A program made the translations under genes and the position numbers. DNA of 64,000 nucleotides, from positions 538 through 64,537 of the forward strand of contig CADASF010000014.1 in NCBI GenBank assembly GCA_902790465.1. The letters are read 5' to 3'. The notes under the pieces were generated by a model that was not told the origin of the DNA, did no database searches, and saw only the letters and a program-made list of their open reading frames with translations. Shown piece after piece: positions 9,201-18,796 of the stretch. The stretch is from an uncultured bacterium. Lineage in GTDB: Bacteria; Vulcanimicrobiota; CADAWZ01. Within the stretch, counting starts at the first letter, position 1; each line of letters begins with the position of its first letter.

Positions 9201-9734
9201 GTGAAAGGAGAAGAAAAAATGGAAGTAGAAGACGGTTATCCCAATTATCTTGTTGAAAAGGGAACTTTTTTTACAAGACCAGAAGGTATTCCACTTTTGA
9301 TGGATTTGCATAATACTGAAATTCCTAAAGATATTATACCTTTTGACAAAGCTAAGACATGTAAAAATAAGAGGCAGTATGTTCATTTTTATATGTATGA
9401 TCAAAAATTTGCGAAATTTTTAAAGAGATATAAAAAATTTTACACCTTCAAATCTTTTTTTAAAATCTTTCAATATATCTTCAAGATCGAAATAAAGAGC
9501 GTTAAAAAGCCCATTATGTCCATCAAATACTGAATCATATTGATAAAAGCATATTGCCGTCTTATCTGTCTTTTTATAAAGTCCTGTTTCTGAATAAAGA
9601 GCCAAAAAATCAGGATAAACTGTTGTATTACAATTAATTTTTGGCAAATCCAGTTCACCTACAGAATCAGTTTTATTGGTATATTTCAAATAATTCAAAT
9701 TTAACAATCTTTGAATATTTTCATGTTTTTTCAT
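9201..9734. pseudogene. Two convergent, overlapping, truncated DUF4417-like N-terminal fragments (9201..9533 plus strand and 9420..9734 minus strand)
   Basis: Both ORFs reach the family motif (QYVHFYMYDQKFAKFLKRYKKF and AICFYQYDSVFDG...DFKKRFEGVKFF), then terminate exactly where the full-length paralog at 1-680 continues with ITPDFS.... The two reading frames meet head-to-head at the same 9426-9464 DNA segment. Confidence 0.4.
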
Positions 9735-9746
9735 AAAAACTCCCTA

Positions 9747-10355
9747 TTAGTTCTTAGAATGTTCAAATATCCAATTAATAGCTTCTTTTCCGTCAATTAT
9801 TTTTGTTTCATTATCATTAGAAATATCAAATGATAATTTTGTTGCCGAATCAATGTTTGTATGATTTATAAAAATAGAACCATTGATTTTAACTTTACTC
9901 ATATATGCTAAATTGAAATCAACATTTTCAAAAATTGCATTTTGCAAATTTGCTTCAATAAAATCTGCTCCTTCAAACGAACAATTTATAAATTTAGAAT
10001 TTGCAAAGTTTGTTTGATACATTTCCGCACGACTAAATTTACAATTGTTGAAGACTGCATTTTCCATGTTACAATAATTAAGAACAGATTTATAAAAATT
10101 ACATTTAGTGAAAATACATTCATTAAATATACTTGAATATAATTCAGCAAGATAAAAATCTGTACTTTCAAAATCTTTTTTTGAAAAATTGCAACAAGTC
10201 AAATAAGATTGCTGAATTGGAAAATTTTTATCAACTATATTACGCAAATCAATTTCGTCAAGAACAAGTTGTTTAGCTCTTAATTTGCTATTTTTTATCA
10301 TTCCCAACCATTTTTTATGTTGTTCGATTTTTTCTTGTAATTGTTCAGTAGTCAT
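9747..10355 (-). CDS. Pentapeptide-repeat protein
   Basis: Consecutive A(D/N)LxX-type pentads: CNFSKKDFES...ANSKFINCSFEGADFIEANLQNAIFENVDFNLAYM. An N-terminal coiled segment precedes them. Confidence 0.7.
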   Translation of the reverse strand: MTTEQLQEKIEQHKKWLGMIKNSKLRAKQLVLDEIDLRNIVDKNFPIQQSYLTCCNFSKKDFESTDFYLAELYSSIFNECIFTKCNFYKSVLNYCNMENAVFNNCKFSRAEMYQTNFANSKFINCSFEGADFIEANLQNAIFENVDFNLAYMSKVKINGSIFINHTNIDSATKLSFDISNDNETKIIDGKEAINWIFEHSKN

Positions 10356-10440
10356 ATCTAATCATAATATTAGAATTTTATTAATATCATTCATATTTTT
10401 TTAATAAATCATAATCAAGAACTTCTTTAATAAAAATTGC

Positions 10441-10530
10441 TATTTATAAAGCTTCGCAATGATAAAGTGGCAGTGTACAGGCATATATTGGATAGTTTAT
10501 AGCAATTTTTTATTTACTTGTTTTAAAAAA
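10441..10530 (+). repeat. Composite small repeat, copy A (R1 module)
   Basis: cgcaatgataaagtggcagtgtacaggcatatattggatagtttatagcaattttttatttactt matches 11741-11830 and the reverse complement of 4293-4345. Confidence 0.6.
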
Positions 10531-10555
10531 AAATCAATTAACACAAGGCGTTAAT

Positions 10556-11047
10556 CTATTTATGATTATTATGTAATTTGAGTTCTTCTTTTACATGTTC
10601 AATATCTTTTTCAGTCAAATTTGTTATATAGACACTGACTAATTTTTCTTTTGAATCAAATGATAAAATCAACTGCCCAGTCTGAAAATATTTTATAGGT
10701 TCTGATTCTGATAAATCTATTCTACCCCCATCGTTATATACAATAGTATTGAAATAAGAACAGTTTACTTTGCTTGCCCCTTTTATTATCACCTTTCCCT
10801 TTTTATCAACAACTGGTAATTTCATTTTTTCATATTTAAATTCATAATTATTGCAACATATCATGAGAATTTTTTTTATATGGAATCTTATTGGATGTAG
10901 TGAAAATTCAAGATCATTTTTATCTTCATTCTTAAAATATAGATAGTGATTACAAAGTTCATCTGAAAACACAACTCTTATTGAAAAAAAATCTTCTCTC
11001 TCAAAATGAGATATTACTTCTTCTGATGTATCAAAAATAAATTTCAT
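10556..11047 (-). CDS. Hypothetical protein (163 aa)
   Basis: ORF only; no motifs recognised. Confidence 0.4.
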   Translation of the reverse strand: MKFIFDTSEEVISHFEREDFFSIRVVFSDELCNHYLYFKNEDKNDLEFSLHPIRFHIKKILMICCNNYEFKYEKMKLPVVDKKGKVIIKGASKVNCSYFNTIVYNDGGRIDLSESEPIKYFQTGQLILSFDSKEKLVSVYITNLTEKDIEHVKEELKLHNNHK

Positions 11048-11146
11048 AGATCATCTAAATCTTCCTAAAAAGAGCCCTAAAAGAATAATTTATAAATTTA
11101 GAATTTGCAAAGTTAATTTAATATCTAATCATATATTAGAATATTC

Positions 11147-11599
11147 TTAACACCATTCATATTTCTCAAATAAATCATAATCAAGAACTTCTTTAATAAA
11201 AACTGCTATTTTTATTACTTGTTTTGTGTCTATTTCATCTTCAATCCAATATCCATCTGATGATTCCCAATTCTCTTCCCAATCATCAAATTTAAGTTCT
11301 GAATCAATTTTACAGGCTTCCTTCATTGACATACCAACATATATTCCATTTGGCAACTTTCCATTAAATTTTTCTTCAACCCAAATTTCAAACAATTTAT
11401 TTTTAGCAAACCAAAAATTAATAGTATCTTTGACGCTTATCAAAATCCAAGGTTCAGGAATAGTCCAAGTTTCATGTCTTTGAATTTCTTCAGAATATGA
11501 AAATTTTTCATCATCAAGAATCTTCTTTACATCTTCAACTGAACTGTAAAGTTTAAACTTTCCAACACCTTTAAATGGTACAATATCCCAATTTATCAT
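11147..11599 (-). CDS. Hypothetical protein (150 aa), Trp/Glu-rich
   Basis: ORF. Its 3'-terminal ~70 nt plus downstream sequence is duplicated non-codingly at 10356-10455, so a decayed paralog fragment exists. Confidence 0.45.
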   Translation of the reverse strand: MINWDIVPFKGVGKFKLYSSVEDVKKILDDEKFSYSEEIQRHETWTIPEPWILISVKDTINFWFAKNKLFEIWVEEKFNGKLPNGIYVGMSMKEACKIDSELKFDDWEENWESSDGYWIEDEIDTKQVIKIAVFIKEVLDYDLFEKYEWC

Positions 11600-11740
11600 T
11601 TTCTATCTTCCTTTACATATCTTCTTATTTCTTTTAAAAAAAATTTTAGACTTTTCATTTCCCTCACCTTTATATTTTTGCTTAATTCACTCGTTGTACT
11701 AATTGATTAATATTTTAAAATATAACCAAATAGTCTCTAT

Positions 11741-11830
11741 TTATAGGGGGGGAGGTCATTACAATGGAGCTAAATACAGGCATATATTGGATAGTTTATA
11801 GCAAATTTTTATTCACTTATTTTTAATAAA
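11741..11830 (+). repeat. Composite small repeat, copy B (gaggtcatt module plus R1 module)
   Basis: gggggggaggtcattacaatggagctaaatacaggcatatattggatagtttatagcaaatttttattcacttattttt. The R1 core is identical to 10478-10510, and the gaggtcatt part matches the IR arm at 28073. Confidence 0.6.
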
Positions 11831-11833
11831 ATT

Positions 11834-12670
11834 CTAAATTACCTCATTCATTGAGCCTGTTCTATACCCTTTTAAATCCATCGTTATATAATCAAATCCA
11901 AACGATTTAAATTTTGTATATATTTCATCTCGATTTTTTAATATAATATCAAATTCATCAGGCATTACTTCTATTCTCGCAAGATTTTCTCCATGTATCC
12001 TAACTCTAACTTGATGTAATCCAAAATTTAATAAAATCTGCTCTGCCCTGTCAACCATAGAAAGTTTTTTCTCGTTTATTATTTCACCATATACAAAACG
12101 AGAAGCAAGACACGCAAAAGATGGTTTATTCCAAGTTGGCAAATTTAAATATTTTGAAAGACTTCTGATTTCCTCTTTTGTAAATCCAATATGTCTCAAT
12201 GGACTTAAAATTTCAAGCTCTTTTATAGCTTGAAGACCAGGTCGATAATCCCCATTGTCATCTAAATTTGAACCTTCTGCAACATACGAAATATTTTCTT
12301 TTTGGGCATAATCAAGAATTTTATTAAAAAGTTCTTTTTTACATAGATAACAACGATTTTTAGGATTATGTGAAAATCCTTCTATTTGCAATTCTTCTGA
12401 TACAAGCTGAATATATTTTATATCTTCATTTTTACAAAAATTTTCAGCTTCTTTTCTTTCTCTATCAGGAAATGAAGCAGATTTTGCAGTTACAGCTACT
12501 ACATTTTCTCCAAGTGCTTCTTTTGCAACTTTTAATAAAAATGTGGAATCAACACCACCTGAAAAAGCTATAACAAGACTTTTCAAACTTTTTAAATATT
12601 CTTTCAATTTTTCATATTTATTTTTTAATTCAATATTAATTTCTTCTTGCATTTTATATCCGCTTTCCAA
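11834..12670 (-). CDS. larE: LarE, ATP-dependent sacrificial sulfur transferase of nickel-pincer cofactor biosynthesis (PP-loop ATPase)
   Basis: PP-loop SGGVDS. LarE-specific blocks DYRPGLQA, PTWNKPSFACLASRFVYG (the catalytic Cys region), VRVRIHGENLARIEV and GFDYITMDLKGYRTGSMN. Preferred over QueC because the QueC C-terminal zinc-Cys motif is absent and larB/larC are neighbours. Confidence 0.8.
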   Translation of the reverse strand: MESGYKMQEEINIELKNKYEKLKEYLKSLKSLVIAFSGGVDSTFLLKVAKEALGENVVAVTAKSASFPDRERKEAENFCKNEDIKYIQLVSEELQIEGFSHNPKNRCYLCKKELFNKILDYAQKENISYVAEGSNLDDNGDYRPGLQAIKELEILSPLRHIGFTKEEIRSLSKYLNLPTWNKPSFACLASRFVYGEIINEKKLSMVDRAEQILLNFGLHQVRVRIHGENLARIEVMPDEFDIILKNRDEIYTKFKSFGFDYITMDLKGYRTGSMNEVI

Positions 12671-12779
12671 AGTTTTTTATTTTTATTTTTATTTATGTTT
12701 GATTTATTTTCCTGTTTAGAGTTGGTCTAAAATAAATAACAAAATCCAGCCAAGTCAGTAACTCAACTGGATTTTGTTG

Positions 12780-13592
12780 CTATACATCCCAAATTTTGAA
12801 AATATCTTTATATCTTTTTTCCGATAATTCCACATATTCAGGCATAATATCAATACCAATAAATTTTCTTTTCATCAATATTGCCTGTATGCCTGTAGTT
12901 GAACTTCCACAAAATGGATCGAGTATTAAATCTCCTTCTTTAGTAGATGCTTCTATAATTCTTTTCAAAACAGCCAAAGGCTTTTGAGCTGGATGTGAAC
13001 CTGATTTTTTCTCAGATTTTTTTGCAGATGGAATGACCCAAACAGACCTCATCTGTTTTCCTTCTTTTTTTATTGGATCATCATCCCAATTCTTAAATTT
13101 CATCTCTTTGTAATTGAAAGTGTAATTTTTTTTGTTGTCTTTCTTAGCCCAAATTATAGTTTCGTGGCTTGCTGTAAAACACTTACAAGAGAGATTTGGC
13201 GGTGCATTTGGTTTAAACCAAGCAATATCATTTATTATCTTAAATTTTTCAGATAAAAGAGCATAACCTGTTGAGTAAATAGAATGATATGTGCCACTTA
13301 TCCAAATTGTGCCATTTGGTTTTAGAACTCTTGCACAGGCTCTTATCCATTTTTTTGTAAATTTTAAATTTTCTTGTAAAGTAAGTGGTTTATCCCATTC
13401 ACCTTTGTCAACACTCTCCATTTTGCCACCTTTACAAGTAATTCCTCCACTTGAAAGATTATATGGAGGATCGGCAAAAATCATATCAACAGACTCTTTT
13501 GGGAGTTTTGACAAAATCTTTATTGAATCTCCCAAATATAATTTAAAATCTTTGTCTTCAAAAAAGGGTTTCATGGTTTTTCCGCCTTTCAA
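12780..13592 (-). CDS. Orphan DNA methyltransferase, beta-class N6-adenine/N4-cytosine (DPPY then DPFCGSSTTG)
   Basis: DPPYNL motif IV and C-terminal DPFCGSSTTG motif I. No restriction-endonuclease-like ORF is adjacent. Confidence 0.8.
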   Translation of the reverse strand: MKGGKTMKPFFEDKDFKLYLGDSIKILSKLPKESVDMIFADPPYNLSSGGITCKGGKMESVDKGEWDKPLTLQENLKFTKKWIRACARVLKPNGTIWISGTYHSIYSTGYALLSEKFKIINDIAWFKPNAPPNLSCKCFTASHETIIWAKKDNKKNYTFNYKEMKFKNWDDDPIKKEGKQMRSVWVIPSAKKSEKKSGSHPAQKPLAVLKRIIEASTKEGDLILDPFCGSSTTGIQAILMKRKFIGIDIMPEYVELSEKRYKDIFKIWDV

Positions 13593-13601
13593 GAAATAAT
13601 G

Positions 13602-14648
13602 TTACTCTCCGTAGATTTTTTTCATCTCATCTGATAAAATTCCAGTCATTGAAAGAATCTTTTCAGCTGTTTTTTCGCTCAAACTTCCTGTACCACAAGC
13701 AGGTGATATAAATGAAAATTCAGAGACTTTTCTTGTTTTACATATATTTTTTGCTTCGTCCAAAAGTTCTGTTATTTTTGATTTTAATTCATCTATACTT
13801 ATTGATTCTATTTCTTCAGATGTAGGAACTGCTCCCCAAGCTATGGCTCCACCTTTTTCTAAAAATTTTGCCAATTTGTCTTTGTACAACAAGAGAGATT
13901 TTCCATAGTTGTATGAATCATAACTCAAAATGTCTGCAGGTGAATCAAGAATTATTGACCAATCCGTATTTCCGCAACAGTGAATAGCAATTTTTACATC
14001 AGGATATTCTGCTTTTATTTCATCTATAAATGAATATATAGTTTCTGCAACTTCATCACGATTTATAGACATAACACCAGAGCCAATACTTGCCAAATAT
14101 GGTTCATCTATGAAAAATATCACTTCTTTTTTTATTTTTTTCAAAAATCCGATCTGCCAAAGAGCCTTCATTTTTAGACCAGTTTTTATGATGTCTCTTA
14201 AATTGACATCAAACCAAGAAGCTCTTTTGTTTTCATCTGTTACTGTCAATGCAAAACTAAACGGTCCAGTTGTATGACCTTTCACTGCTTTTGGATTGTT
14301 TGCAATTATTTTGTCTTTTAATTCAACAAATTTATATAAACCTGCTGAAAATTTTTCTGTGATTTTGAAATTTTCGATGTCGTTTTCTTCAACTTTTGAG
14401 TAAAAATCGAGAAGTTCTTCTGGTTCGTTTTCAGGATTTGAAAAGAATATTTTTTTGTCATCAATATTTATATTTACAAAAGGAAGACCTTCTGAATATT
14501 GAACATACATACTCTCGTAAAATGTTCTATTAGGAAGCTGTACCCACATTGGATAATCTTTTAAATTGTCGAGTACAAGATTTTCAATGTAATCAATATC
14601 TTTATGTGGAAAACTACCTATGAGTAGTGGACTAAAATTTGCGTTCAT
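13602..14648 (-). CDS. Cobalamin-independent methionine synthase (MetE C-terminal domain)-like Zn-dependent methyltransferase family protein
   Basis: IDEPYLAS, IAIHCCGN and ISPACGTGS match the His/Cys/Glu/Cys zinc-ligand spacing of the Meth_synt_2/URO-D-like fold. The start is taken at the internal ATG (MNANF) preceded by AGAGGT; the longer track ORF (to 14777) looks like a spurious 5' extension. Confidence 0.5.
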   Translation of the reverse strand: MNANFSPLLIGSFPHKDIDYIENLVLDNLKDYPMWVQLPNRTFYESMYVQYSEGLPFVNINIDDKKIFFSNPENEPEELLDFYSKVEENDIENFKITEKFSAGLYKFVELKDKIIANNPKAVKGHTTGPFSFALTVTDENKRASWFDVNLRDIIKTGLKMKALWQIGFLKKIKKEVIFFIDEPYLASIGSGVMSINRDEVAETIYSFIDEIKAEYPDVKIAIHCCGNTDWSIILDSPADILSYDSYNYGKSLLLYKDKLAKFLEKGGAIAWGAVPTSEEIESISIDELKSKITELLDEAKNICKTRKVSEFSFISPACGTGSLSEKTAEKILSMTGILSDEMKKIYGE

Positions 14649-14852
14649 AATTTTACCTCTGTAATTTTTATACTTATTTTTATTATTTTTTTTGCTCTTT
14701 CTTCCTGCAAAATATTTCAAAAACAGGGATTCACAGCTAACAAATAAAATAAATAAGCACAAATTTAAATTGCACAACGAGTTAATTTATAAAAAATATT
14801 ATAAATTTATATATGCAAAATATTTTTTTTCATTGAAAGGGGAAATGACAAT

Positions 14853-15086
14853 ATGCGGTATTGGATTTGTCAGTCGTGTAAACAGGGACAGGTTGATGAC
14901 GAGAAACCAACAAAATGTCTAAATTGCGGTAAGGTTGGAGGTTCTTGGAAGTCAAGTGATGTCAAAAACATGGATAGTTTCAAAATCTATGAATGTACAA
15001 AATGCAATAATTCAGTTACAGAGCGTCGCCCTCCGACTTATCGTTGTTCTTGTGGTGCAAATAGTTGGAGACTATTTCGTGGTTAG
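14853..15086 (+). CDS. Small double zinc-ribbon protein (77 aa; CxxC...CxxC, CxxC...CxC)
   Basis: MRYWICQSCKQ...KCLNCGK...YECTKCNN...YRCSCGAN with a GAAAGGGG RBS upstream. Confidence 0.45.
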   Translation: MRYWICQSCKQGQVDDEKPTKCLNCGKVGGSWKSSDVKNMDSFKIYECTKCNNSVTERRPPTYRCSCGANSWRLFRG

Positions 15087-15160
15087 ATAAATGGATTAAC
15101 TAATGTTTACTATGTCAAAATTTGTCCCTAAAATAAGTCAAAATTGTAATAGTTTTAAAA

Positions 15161-15189
15161 TTTAGAATGACAAATTCTGTCATTCTAAA
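15161..15189. promoter_or_regulatory. Perfect 12-nt-arm palindrome TTTAGAATGACA-aattc-TGTCATTCTAAA overlapping the promoter region of the 15237 gene
   Basis: Seen directly. A TATAAT at ~15196 lies just downstream, so this is a repressor-operator-like arrangement. Confidence 0.35.
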
Positions 15190-15236
15190 TATGTTATAAT
15201 AATTTAGTGAAGTGATAAAATTTGGAGGCTAAAAAT

Positions 15237-15995
15237 ATGACACCAGAAGAAACAACCAAATTAGTTCTTAGATCCGCTTTAAAAGTTCCTGGAGTTAAAA
15301 TAGATAGAGAAGAATTTTTAGAAAAAGAATTAAAAAACTATTGTGATGAATCTGAAGTTGAAATGGCTATTAAGTTATCTCCACAAAAAGCAGGAATTTC
15401 AAAGAAACTTATAGATAAAATTTCTGATATTTGTATTAACTACGAAACAAATAAAGTATCATTAATTTCAGGTGGAACTGGTTTATTTGGAGGTTGGGCT
15501 TTAGCTGTTACTATTCCTACTGATGTTGCTCAATATTTCGCACATGTAATGAGAATTGCACAAAAATTGGCATACTTACATGGTTGGAAACAAGTAGATA
15601 ATATAGAAGAAGATCTCAATTCAGAATCTGCAAATGAATTATTGATTTTTATTGCCGTAATGATGGGAGTTGGTGGTATAGGTTCTAATGTTGCCTCTTT
15701 AGCAAGTAAAATAGCTGCAAACAATGGACTTAAATTTCTTTTTAAAGGATTGTGGAAAAATGCAACATTTAAAATAATACAACAAATTTTAAAAAGAATG
15801 GGAATAATAATTAATCAAACAATATTATCAAGAGCAGCTTCCAAAGTTATTCCTGTTATAGGTGGATTTATATCAGGTGGTTTGACTTATGTAACTTTTA
15901 AGCCAATGTGTAAAAGATTAAAAGAGGCACTTTCCAAAAAAGTAGATGATATAGAAGATGCTGAAATTTTACGAAAAATTGAAGAAGATCAATAA
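15237..15995 (+). CDS. Hypothetical protein with hydrophobic/Gly-rich segments (possibly EcsC-like; unverified)
   Basis: ORF with the start moved to the second ATG (MTPEETT) because GGAGG lies 8 nt upstream. Segments GGTGLFGGWALAVTIP and VIPVIGGFISGGLTYV look membrane-associated. Confidence 0.4.
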   Translation: MTPEETTKLVLRSALKVPGVKIDREEFLEKELKNYCDESEVEMAIKLSPQKAGISKKLIDKISDICINYETNKVSLISGGTGLFGGWALAVTIPTDVAQYFAHVMRIAQKLAYLHGWKQVDNIEEDLNSESANELLIFIAVMMGVGGIGSNVASLASKIAANNGLKFLFKGLWKNATFKIIQQILKRMGIIINQTILSRAASKVIPVIGGFISGGLTYVTFKPMCKRLKEALSKKVDDIEDAEILRKIEEDQ

Positions 15996-16010
15996 ATTAA
16001 CTACATAACT

Positions 16011-16046
16011 AAAAACTGCTGTAAAAATTTATACAGCAGTTTTTTA
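16011..16046. terminator. Bidirectional Rho-independent terminator
   Basis: AAACTGCTGTA / TACAGCAGTTT stem flanked by A and T runs, between convergent genes. Confidence 0.6.
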
Positions 16047-16065
16047 TTACTCCCCCACAAAAATT

Positions 16066-18633
16066 TCACTCGTATCTAAGAGCCTCTATTGGATCGAGTT
16101 TTGAGGCCTGCCAAGCAGGATAGAATCCAAAGAATATTCCAACACCTACTGAAAACAAAAATGAAATTATTATTGCCTCAACTGAAATGATAGTGTTCAA
16201 ATCTTTAAAGAAATGTGGAACATACTGTGAAATAACTATGCCAAGGATAATTCCAATTACCCCTCCAGTTATGGATAATTGCATTGATTCAAATAAAAAT
16301 TGTTTTAAAATATCACTTCTTCTTGCACCAACAGACATTCTTATGCCAATTTCTTTAGTTCTTCCTGTTACAGAAACAAGCATTACATTCATAATTCCTA
16401 TTCCACCAACTGTAAGAGATATTAAAGCTATTGATAGCAAAAGCACTCTAAATAAATTTGTTGTCTCTTCACCTGCTTCTTGAATACTTATTTGAGTTTC
16501 TATTTCAAAATCATCTTTATCATCTTCTTGCAATTTATGCCTCTGTCTCAAAAACAATTTAATTTCCTCTACAGATTCTTCTAAATCTACATCATCAGCA
16601 ATAGAACAAACTAATAAAGATAAATATTTGTCTTTATTTAGACGAGAATGAGCTACAGTATATGGAATAAGGATACAATCATCATATGTTCCAAAAGATT
16701 GTATTTTAGTTTTTACGAGTGAATTTTTCTTATTTTTGTCATCGTTTTCTTTTGTTTCATTTTTATCGTCATCTTTTGTTTTATCCTCTTTTGTTACACG
16801 ATACATTGTTCCTTTTGGTTTTAGTATTCCAATAACTCTAAATGGAATATTTTTTATTCTTATAAATTGATCTATTGGATCGTCCTCTTTATTAAACAAT
16901 TCTTTGACAACTTCACTACCTAAGAGACACACTTGATTCCCATTATTTAAATCTTCTTCTGTAAAAAATTCTCCGTCAGCAATCTCCCAATTTGTAATTT
17001 TATAATAATTTTCTGAAACTCCATAAACATCTGACCTACAATTTTTATTTCCATATACTATTTGTAAATATTTTCTTATAACTGGTGAGGAATAAATTAT
17101 AAAAGAAAATTCATTTGCTATGGCATGACTATCTTCAATTTTCAATGTGTGAAAAACTCCATTTCTAACTCCATTAACCATTTTAATTTCTGGTCTAATA
17201 TTTATGAGATTTTTTCCCATCAATGAAATTGAATCTTGAATTGATTTAGAAACACCTTGACCAACACTGATCATCGTTATAACAGAAGCAACACCTATTA
17301 TAATTCCAATAATTGCCAAAAATTCTTTTATCTTGTCTGTATATATTGTTTTTAATAATAATTTCGCTATAACCCAAAAAGAAATTACTTTATGGGATTC
17401 CATATATGATTTTAAGGTTTTTATTAAAGATATTTGGCCATCTGATTCATTTCTAATAGCCTCAATGGGATCGAGCTTCGACGCCTGCCAAGCAGGATAG
17501 AATCCAAAGAATATTCCAATACCAGCAGAAAATAAAAACGAAATTATTATAGACTCTATTGAAATCACTGCTTTTAAATCTGAAAAACTTTGTGAAAGAT
17601 ATTGTGAGATTACAATTCCAATTACAGTTCCTATCAACCCACCAATTAATGACAATATCATTGATTCCAACAAAAATTGTTTTAATATATCAATTCTTCT
17701 CGCTCCAAGTGCCATTCTAATACCAATTTCTCGAATTCTTTCAGTAACAGAAACAAGCATTATATTCATAATTCCTATTCCACCTACTAAAAGAGATATA
17801 GAAGCAATAATTGATAAAAACAATGCCAATGTTTTTGTTGTTTCTGTCCGTTTATTTATAAACTCAATGGGTAAGAATAATCTAAAATCATCTTCTGCTT
17901 CTGCCTTTAAATAGGAATGTCGCTGTCTCAAAATTGATCTAACATCTTCCTTGATTTCTTCTATATTTTCATATGGATTAATAGAGCAATGTACAATATT
18001 ACGAGACACTTTGTTAATACGAGAAAAAAATGTAGTATATGGAATATATATACTCTTATCATCATCCATTCCTATTTTTTTAAATACTCCATTTACCCTA
18101 AATGGTATCCCTTTAATTCTTATAAATTTGCCTATTGGATATTCCTCGGGAAACAGTTTTTCACACATATAACTACTTAAAATACAAACTTGCTCACCAT
18201 TTTCTAAATCTTCTTCTGTAAAAAATTCTCCTTCAGAAAGTTCCCAATTTTTAATTTTACAATAATTTTCAGAAACTCCCGAAATATATGAACTACAATT
18301 TTCATTCTCATATATAACTTGAACCTCATCATATAATTCTGGTGAGGAATGAATTATGAAAGAAGATTCATTTTCTATAGCTTTACAATCTTCAAATGTC
18401 AATGGATTTCTTTTCCTAAATTCTTGTCCTACTCTTGGAACAATAAGAATAGTATTTTCACCAAAAACATTACAAATTCTATCTTTAATTGCCTTAGTTG
18501 CACCTTGACCAATACTCACAACTATTAGAACAGAAGCAATTCCTATTATAATTCCAAGCATTGTCAAAATACTTCTCAACTTGTTTGCATATATCGCTTT
18601 TAAAGCTATTTTTATCGTTGACAAAAGAGACAT
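16066..18633 (-). CDS. Tandem-fused double FtsX/MacB-type ABC permease (two complete permease units in one 855-aa polypeptide)
   Basis: Two repeats of the MacB-like architecture, each with MSLLSTIKIALKAI...LGIIIGIASV N-terminal TM, a periplasmic domain and a FYPAWQASKLDPIEA C-terminus. The second unit begins at ...WVIAKLLLKTIYTDKIKEFLAIIGIIIGVASV. Confidence 0.8.
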   Translation of the reverse strand: MSLLSTIKIALKAIYANKLRSILTMLGIIIGIASVLIVVSIGQGATKAIKDRICNVFGENTILIVPRVGQEFRKRNPLTFEDCKAIENESSFIIHSSPELYDEVQVIYENENCSSYISGVSENYCKIKNWELSEGEFFTEEDLENGEQVCILSSYMCEKLFPEEYPIGKFIRIKGIPFRVNGVFKKIGMDDDKSIYIPYTTFFSRINKVSRNIVHCSINPYENIEEIKEDVRSILRQRHSYLKAEAEDDFRLFLPIEFINKRTETTKTLALFLSIIASISLLVGGIGIMNIMLVSVTERIREIGIRMALGARRIDILKQFLLESMILSLIGGLIGTVIGIVISQYLSQSFSDLKAVISIESIIISFLFSAGIGIFFGFYPAWQASKLDPIEAIRNESDGQISLIKTLKSYMESHKVISFWVIAKLLLKTIYTDKIKEFLAIIGIIIGVASVITMISVGQGVSKSIQDSISLMGKNLINIRPEIKMVNGVRNGVFHTLKIEDSHAIANEFSFIIYSSPVIRKYLQIVYGNKNCRSDVYGVSENYYKITNWEIADGEFFTEEDLNNGNQVCLLGSEVVKELFNKEDDPIDQFIRIKNIPFRVIGILKPKGTMYRVTKEDKTKDDDKNETKENDDKNKKNSLVKTKIQSFGTYDDCILIPYTVAHSRLNKDKYLSLLVCSIADDVDLEESVEEIKLFLRQRHKLQEDDKDDFEIETQISIQEAGEETTNLFRVLLLSIALISLTVGGIGIMNVMLVSVTGRTKEIGIRMSVGARRSDILKQFLFESMQLSITGGVIGIILGIVISQYVPHFFKDLNTIISVEAIIISFLFSVGVGIFFGFYPAWQASKLDPIEALRYE

Positions 18634-18796
18634 AATTTATTCCTAATTTTATATAAAGCTATAATTTTTCATATCTCTTTATTATTTTTATATACCTTTT
18701 CCCCTGCAAAAATTAGATAGAAAAAATCATTTGCCTTTTGAGTTGTATATGGTATAAGAATTATGTTATGAAAATTATATATTTACAGCAATTTTC

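Noticed and set aside
11834-12670. PP-loop ATPase initially considered as QueC (7-cyano-7-deazaguanine synthase)
   Set aside because: It lacks the QueC C-terminal Cys4 zinc motif and instead has LarE-specific blocks (DYRPGL, TWNKPSFACLASRF, VRVRIHGENLARIE). larB/larC are neighbours.
13602-14777. Full 391-aa track ORF for the MetE-like gene
   Set aside because: The first 43 codons (MCNLNLCLFILFVSC...) are low-complexity with no RBS. An internal ATG at 14648 has a good AGAGGT RBS and starts the conserved domain.
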